A stretch of DNA of 64,000 nt from Octopus vulgaris (taxonomy: Eukaryota). A program made the translations under genes and the position numbers. The notes under the pieces are model-generated. The model was not told the DNA's origin and did no database searches. It saw nothing but the letters and a program-made list of their open reading frames with translations. Where the stretch lies: contig OX597815.1 of the NCBI GenBank assembly GCA_951406725.2, positions 211,792,001 to 211,856,000 on the forward strand. The letters run 5' to 3'. Shown here piece after piece: positions 57,240 through 64,000 of the stretch. Numbering within the stretch: position 1 is the stretch's first letter; each line of letters begins with the position of its first letter.

Positions 57240-57966
57240 ACTCTTTAACTTGTTTCAGCCATTTGACTGTGGCCATGCTGGAGCACTGCCTTTAGTCGAG
57301 CAAATCGACCCCAAGACTTATTCTTCGTAAGCCTACTACTTACTCTATCGGTCTCTTTTGCCGAACTGCTAAGTTACAGGGACGTAAACACACCAGCATC
57401 GATTGTCAAGCGATGATTGGGGGGACAAACACAAACACAAACATATACACACACATATACACACATAAATATATGCATGAATACGACGGGCTTCTTTCAG
57501 TTTCCGTCTACCAAATCCACTCACAATGCTTTGGTCGGCCGGAGGCTATAGTAGAAAACACTTACCCAAGGTGCCACGCAGTGGGACTGAACCCGGAACC
57601 ATGTGGTTGGTATTCTTTTACTTGTTTCAGTCATGCTGGAGCACCGTTTTTAATGGTTTTAGACGGACAAATCAACCCCAGGACACTTAATTTTTAAGCC
57701 TAGTACTTATTTTATCAGTCTCTTTTGCCGAACTGCTAATCTAGGGAGACATGATCACACCAACACCAGTTGTCAAGCGGTGATGGAGGGACAAACACAG
57801 ACACAAAGTCATACAGATATGTGTGTGTGTGTGTGTGTGTGGGCAGCAAGCTTCTTTCTGTTTCCGGCCTGAGGCTACAGTAGAAGACACTTGCCCAAGG
57901 TGCCACGCGCAGTGGGACTGAACCCGGAATCATGTGATTGAAAAACAAGTTCCTTACCACACAACC
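57240..57966 (-). mobile_element. Two adjacent SINE family A copies (57240-57610, 57611-57966)
   Basis: Both are reverse-complement homologs of family A. Confidence 0.85.
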
Positions 57967-58031
57967 ATATATAGGCCATGTTTTCTTTCCTATTCCCTCT
58001 AAGTTTTGTTTATTTTTCGGACGCTTTTCTA

Positions 58032-58148
58032 TTCACTCTGATGAAGCTGCATGTTCTTGTTCGATTATCCTATGGAAATGAAGAATATTATTTTTGAAAT
58101 TCTTTTGTAGGCACTGACTGACATCGGAAGCAGAAACGGCCGTAAGAA
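58032..58148 (+). ncRNA. Hammerhead-like motif with long stem II insert
   Basis: CU-CUGAUGA (58038) ... GAAAC-GGCC-GUA-AG (58133-58146); palindromic ACGGCCGT stem III; stems I and II weak. Confidence 0.4.
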
Positions 58149-58578
58149 TTGTTATGTCGCATAAATGTTATGACATATTTTGTATTAAATAATAAGCTAC
58201 AGATGTGGTCCAATTCATTTCTTTATTGTTTCTTAAAGTTTCGTCCATTTTCTGATTATTTAAATTTGATTCCTGATAAACTTTTGTTTATTCTATTGTT
58301 ACCTGTACCATACGACCATAGTCTGTCTGCATACCCATGCCCAGAGATAACACAGGTAACTGATAGCGATAGTAACTACGGATATTTTATCCCTTAGTCG
58401 GTTACTATAACTGTTAACTCTGCTTATTTTATTTATATACATATATCAATATATACATACATATATCAATATATGTATGTATACATATATGTGTGTGAAT
58501 ATATATATTTATATATATGTATGTGTGTATTTATATATGTATATATGTATATACATACATACATATACATAGATACGT

Positions 58579-58615
<37 letters not shown>

Positions 58616-58654
58616 ATTGCGTAATCGCATGAAACAGTCTATAGTTTATAACAG

Positions 58655-58975
58655 TTGTCTTCTGCTATAGCCCCGGGCCGTACATAATGCCTTGTGAGTG
58701 GATTTGGTAGACGGAAACTGAAAGAAGCCCGTCGTATATATGTATATATATATATATATGTACACGTTGTGTGTGTATGTTTGTGCGTTTGTCCCCCTAG
58801 TATTACTTGACAACTGATGCTGGTGTGTTTACGGTCACTTAACGGTTCGGTAAAAGAGACCGATAGAATAAGTACTGGGCTTACAAAGAGTAAGTCCTGG
58901 GGTCGATTTGCTCGACTAAAGGCGGTTCCAGCATGGCCGCAGTGAAATGACTGAAACAAGTAAAAGAGTAAAGAG
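58655..58975 (+). mobile_element. SINE family A, 5'-truncated
   Basis: TGTCTTCTGCTATAGC through AAGTAAAAGAGTAAAGAG. Confidence 0.88.
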
Positions 58976-58992
58976 TATACATACATACGTAC

Positions 58993-59023
<31 letters not shown>

Positions 59024-59055
59024 ATTGCGTAATCGCATGAAACAGTCTATTTACA

Positions 59056-59103
<48 letters not shown>

Positions 59104-59332
59104 GAACGGTATTGAGTGCTGTAAATGCATTATATATATATACAGGTATGTATGTACGTATGATATCTGTGTATGTATAAATATGTGAGCGTGTGTGTGT
59201 GTGTGTGTGTGTGTGTGGAAACAGCATCAAGTTAAAGAGGATTTGATTAAATTCACTTGATCAAATAAATTACCTTTTCAGACTATCTCTAGTGGCAATA
59301 TTTAGTTTTGTTTCATTTGCTTGTCTTTTACA

Positions 59333-59380
<48 letters not shown>

Positions 59381-60158
59381 TATATGTATGCATGTAAGCA
59401 TGTGTGTATGTATGTTTGTGCATGTGTATGTGCATGTGTAATCTTTCCTTTTTAGTATTGCTTCCGATTATATCATAATCAAGTTAGTCAATTTAATATC
59501 CACTCGTTCTTATGAAATAAAAAAAAACTGCAATCTAGGAAAATGAAATCGTTGCTATTATGATGACGTATTTCAAATACATCATTGATTTGTATCTTAG
59601 TCAGCGAAACCAGTCAAAAAAGTAAAGTACATTATATCGATCACTGTACGCAGCAGTTAAGTTCACCCTGTAAGATCAGAATTCAGAAGGTACTGATTTT
59701 GCCACTCTTTCCGTTAGGTATTACTACATCGCCAGGAGCCAGTAAAAAGTATTCTTTATTTTGTCACTCGAATTGCTATAAATAGCAGCGAAGTTTCTCT
59801 TAAATCACAACCTAACCATTTACGAGGTGGTATCACAATGTTCCTGGACTAGTTCTGTAACGCGGTAACAGATGGCAGCACGCGGTTGCGTGCGCAGTGA
59901 GTGTTAGCAGTGACCTTCATGACGCAGTGTGCGGAGTGATATTGCTGTGTTTACTTCGCAAGTTGTGAAATTCGTGTTTTTATGATCATATGTCTGCTGT
60001 AGTCTGCGATTTTTGACATAGACAATAAGTTGGAACAAAGATCCAACGTGAATTTTGCGTTAAACTTGCGAAGACTGCCGCAGCAGGCGTCACAGTGGAA
60101 GAGCCCTTCATCTCCACGAAAAAAGACGGCACGACGGAGCCGCAGCTCAATCAAATTT

Positions 60159-60677
60159 ATACTCTTTTACTCTTTTACTTGTTTCAGTTATTTGACTGTG
60201 GCCATGCTGTAGCACCGCCTTTAGTGGAGCAACTCGACCCCGGGACTTATTCTTTGTAAGCCTAGTACTTATTCTATCGGTCTCTTTTGCCGAACCGCTA
60301 AGTTACGGGGACGTAAACACACCAGCATCGTTTGTCAACCGATGTTGGTGAGACAAACACAGACACACAAACATACATAAATACATACATACATACATAC
60401 ATACATATATGCTGCTGCTTCGTGTATATTTATTCCTCCTGGCTTCTTTACCGATGAGACGAGCCATTGGTAGATTGACTTGATTAAATTAAATTTAATT
60501 TAATTAGGCTGGTTTGCCATTAAGAACGTCGAAACAATGCATTGTCAAAATATAATAGGATAAATGTTTTTTAATTTTCCTTTAATTTCTGAATTACTAC
60601 TATTTAGCGGTTTGAGACCTGGCTGCTCTTTCTAGTGGGTCGAATGGCCTATCGAGGCCGTTCCTCAATGTTGTTGA

Positions 60678-60714
<37 letters not shown>

Positions 60715-60931
60715 AATGTGAAACAAGGTGGGAAAAAGAGTACTCAAATATACATACATACATATATACGACGGGCTTCTTTCAGTTTCCGTCTACGAAA
60801 TCCACTGACAAGGCTTTGGTCGGCCCGATGCTATAGTAGAAGACACTTGCCCAAGGTGCCACGCAGTGGGACTGAACCCGGAACCATGTGGTGCGTAAGC
60901 AAGCTACTTAACACGCAGCCACTCCCACGCC
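60159..60931 (-). mobile_element. SINE family A inside the mariner, itself carrying an insert at 60410-60680
   Basis: Tail at 60159-60370, head at 60768-60931. Confidence 0.9.
60447..60550 (+). ncRNA. Candidate type-I hammerhead ribozyme (U4C core variant)
   Basis: UUUA-CCGAUGA-GACG...CGUC-GAAAC-AAUGCAUU-GUC-AAAA; 12-nt palindrome ACAATGCATTGT as stem III; NUH = GUC. Confidence 0.55.
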
Positions 60932-61623
60932 TATAAAGCCATCGTTTTTTCTTCTTTTTTTTTTTCGACATTCGCGGTATTGTACATCGAGAATTCGTCC
61001 CCAAGAGCCAGACCTTCAATCTATTGCGATGTTTGAAGCGTTTGAAGGAGGACATTCAGCGAAAGCGACCCGATCTGTGGAGCGCGAAGAACTGGATTCT
61101 CCACGATGACAATGCACCATGTAACCGAGTTCTCTTCACTCGTGAGTTTCTCGCCAAAAATACCATGGTATCGCTACCGCACCTGCGCTATTCGCTAGAT
61201 TCAGCACCTTCCATCTCTTCCCGAGGGTGAAAATGCAGCTCAGAGGTCGCCATTTTAACGCGGTTGTCGAGATCAAGAGCGAGTCGCAGAAAGCCTTCGA
61301 CTCGCTTACGGAAAACGACTTCTGGGCCGAATTCCAAAAGTGACAGGAACGCTCGGATCAGTGTATTGCTGAGCAAAGAGTCCATTTCGAAGAAGGTAAA
61401 TAAGCTTTGATACTACCTCGTAACAATATGCCTGATGTTGCTTCTACGTGATCATTCGATCTGCTACACGTATATATCAAATCTCTTTCAAAATATACCG
61501 TGCGGTCTTTAAAAAGTAGCAATACGCTGGATTTGCACTTTAAAAAGTGGTTACCATAGCTGAAAGAACTTCGATTAAAGTGAACTGAACTAGAACTGAC
61601 ATGTACAGTTTAATAACAAAATA

Positions 61624-62104
61624 CCGTAAATCCTCGAGTATAATCCGCATTTTTTCCCAACTATTTACAAGGTTAAAAAGGAAAATTATTTTCTAAGCAA
61701 TGTCCGAGTTTCTATTTGCTGTCTGGCAATGTTTATTCAGACGCATTTTGTGATGTCGGGCGTGAAAATACCTTAAGCTAAGCCTGAAAGCAATGAAGTT
61801 ATGAAAGAATCATCCATAACTTGCAGTAAGCAGCATTTATTTTACGTTATTACTGTTATTTCTTTATTTTCTGCAAACAAAATACGCAAAAAAGCTACAC
61901 GTTTGCATTATGTTATATATACAATAATAATAAAGGACGTTACCGTATATATTTTTACAAACCAAGGACGTTATATAGACCTCCTTGACTCAAGTTAGAG
62001 AAGGGGTGCGTATTATACACAAGGTTTAGATTTTTCAGAGGTACAGCTCCCTAAAATCCCCTGCGTATTATACTTAAGGGCGGACTATACTCGATGATTT
62101 ACGA
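61624..62104. mobile_element. Tc1/pogo-type MITE
   Basis: TA-flanked TIRs CCGTAAATCCTCGAGTATAATCCGC / GCGGACTATACTCGATGATTTACGA; subterminal GCGTATTATAC repeats. Confidence 0.85.
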
Positions 62105-62417
62105 TATACATAAAATAAATATGTCTTTGATCATACGTCAGTTCGAGGAAGACTGCTTTTCGGTTAAACAATAGGAACAACACGTATTACTAATACGTGT
62201 CGATAAAATAAGTACCAGTTACACACTGGTTCCATGTAACTGAATAGCCCCCTACCCAAAAAATTCAGGACTTGTGCCAATAATAGAAAATATTGGCGAT
62301 TTAACAAACATTAGCGCGCCGGGCGAAATGTGATCGATTTGCCCACTTCCTGAACTTACTGGCCTTGTGTCAAAATTTGAAGCCAATATTTTCACCTGGT
62401 TGAACAACCATTCTTAA

Positions 62418-62635
62418 TCCTTTAGCATTTAAACCGGCCATATTCGGCCGAAATATTGTACCTATTTTACGTTCAAACCGGCCAAATTCCTTCCTCTCGC
62501 ACCCACCCTACGAAGTCATTCTAAAAATAACCACATCATCAAAATCTTGGAGCCAAGAGGATAATGCATGACTAGTTCAAAACAATGTGAATATGTAAAT
62601 ACTACATTTGAAAGAGCCACCTAACTGCTAAAGGG
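62418..62635. mobile_element. piggyBac-type MITE
   Basis: TTAA|TCCTTTAGCA ... TGCTAAAGGG|TCAA. Confidence 0.7.
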
Positions 62636-62790
62636 TCAAAATCAATCCTCATGGTGGTTTTTAATTGAGACGTCCCGCCAAGGTCATGGGCACAGTTTCA
62701 TTTCCTGGCTCCGTATTAATTGAAAACGAAAATGTCTTCTCACGGCGTGGGTTTAATTCTGGGTCTGTTACTTACATACGTCTTTCATAC

Positions 62791-62805
62791 GTCGTCGTCG
62801 TCAAC

Positions 62806-62838
<33 letters not shown>

Positions 62839-62966
62839 ATAGTAGTAGTAGTATTAGTAGTAGTGGTGGTGGTGGTGGTGGTGGTGGTGGTGACGGTAGC
62901 GGTGAAACCGAATACTATTAACCGTGGTGATTATGATAGTAGTAGTAGTACCAGCAGCAGCAGCAG
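62791..62966. repeat. (GTC)/(GCA)/(GTA)/(GTG) trinucleotide mosaic
   Basis: Direct reading. Confidence 0.9.
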
Positions 62967-63239
62967 AAGTTGTAATGACATCGTTCTTGAAGTACAAATG
63001 GTAATTCCATTTTATTGCTTTTATTGCGATTGTTTGTGCTCGTAGAGGGTGGTCTTTCTTATCTCTGCTGTTTAACACTTCATTGAAACGTCTTATATCG
63101 CGGTTTTTTAGCCCCAGGTCAGCGCTGATAGAGCACACCTATGATCCAGCTGTCCCCATTTAGAATTTTCTTTTTTCTTTTTTCCTTTCTTTTTTTTCAG
63201 ATTGTATATTATTTCTTACCTCCTTTTTTTTATCTTCAA

Positions 63240-63331
63240 CTAGCAGTAATACCCGTCGTTGATCGGGTAATTACTTTTACTCTTTCTCGGGAGCCACATT
63301 TAAAGTGTTATTATATATAGAGAGAGAGAGA
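63240..63331 (-). mobile_element. Minimal 92-bp Helitron-like element
   Basis: Minus strand A|TCTC...TATATATAA ... TACCCGATCAACGACGGGTA hairpin, CTGCTAG|T. Confidence 0.65.
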
Positions 63332-63480
63332 TTTATGCCTCCTGTATGTGTGTATGTTATAAGAAAAACAAAAAGACTATAATAATTGAAGTAGAAAAAT
63401 GATTAATTTCAAACACAGACTTCTGTTTGTTTATTATATGACGATAATAAGTGAGTTACATGTGTTATTTTATATAACAA

Positions 63481-63781
63481 CTAGCAGAATCGCCCGGCGT
63501 TGCTCGGGTTTGTAAGGGAAATAACTATATAAGCATTTTAAGAGAGTTACTTCCCTTATATAATAGCAAAAATGCATTAAAAATGGGACAAAATTATGGT
63601 AAATTTTTTTTTAAATCGTAGACTCATCGTAGACGCGCGCTAATACCCAGAAGGGCTCGATATGAATCACGACTATAAGATACCCGCTTTTTGGTTACAC
63701 TGCACCGCAAAATGTGGGAGTAGTTAGGAATCTAAATCGTAGGAGACAGACAGCACACAACTTCACTTTTATATATAAAGA
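63481..63781 (-). mobile_element. Non-autonomous Helitron
   Basis: Minus strand A|TCTTTATATATAAAAG ... CCCGAGC-AAC-GCCGGG hairpin ... CTGCTAG|T; no TSD. Confidence 0.92.
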
Positions 63782-64000
63782 TACAGTAATGGCAATTATA
63801 TAATACACAAGGCTTTGGTCGAACCCAAGACGACATGGTTGGAAAACAAGCTTCTCAACCACATAGCCACGCTTATAAAGAAGAGGTATATTTTGGATAA
63901 TAAACTCCTTGATACAATATGCTTAACAAAAAGATGAAATGTTTACGACGACAAGACCATTGATTTTAATATTTACTCGAGCAACACAACAACTGACAAC

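Larger units (their letters stand above)
59823..61420 (+). mobile_element. mariner transposon, internally deleted and interrupted by a SINE
   Basis: TA|CGAGGTGGTATCA ... TGATACTACCTCG|TA; peptides EQRSNV, SQWKSPSSPR, FFDIRGIVHREFVP, KRPDLWSAKNWILHDDNAP, PHLRYSLDSAP (YSPDLAP-like). Confidence 0.92.

Overview
AT-rich, repeat-saturated animal genomic DNA. The SINE families and microsatellite load look like octopus/coleoid cephalopod; this is recognised from memory, not from a search. I find no host protein-coding gene, rRNA or CRISPR, and nearly all ORFs in the track are microsatellite or SINE read-throughs. The window contains many copies of several tRNA-derived SINE families, decayed LINE fragments (RTE, R4/Dong-like RLE, CR1/L2-like), Penelope-like GIY-YIG remnants, mariner/pogo/hAT/piggyBac relics and MITEs, three non-autonomous Helitrons, a 5'-damaged tRNA-Arg(ACG) copy and long compound microsatellites. 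The most interesting signal is a dispersed set of short non-coding cassettes, mostly in (TA)n/(CA)n tracts, carrying type-I hammerhead ribozyme-like cores (CUGANGA...GAAAC-palindrome-GUH). They include a head-to-head inverted pair at 49.2-49.6 kb and a family whose core repeatedly lacks A6. They are consistent with non-autonomous Penelope/retrozyme-like retroelements; self-cleavage is untested. All family assignments were made by eye.
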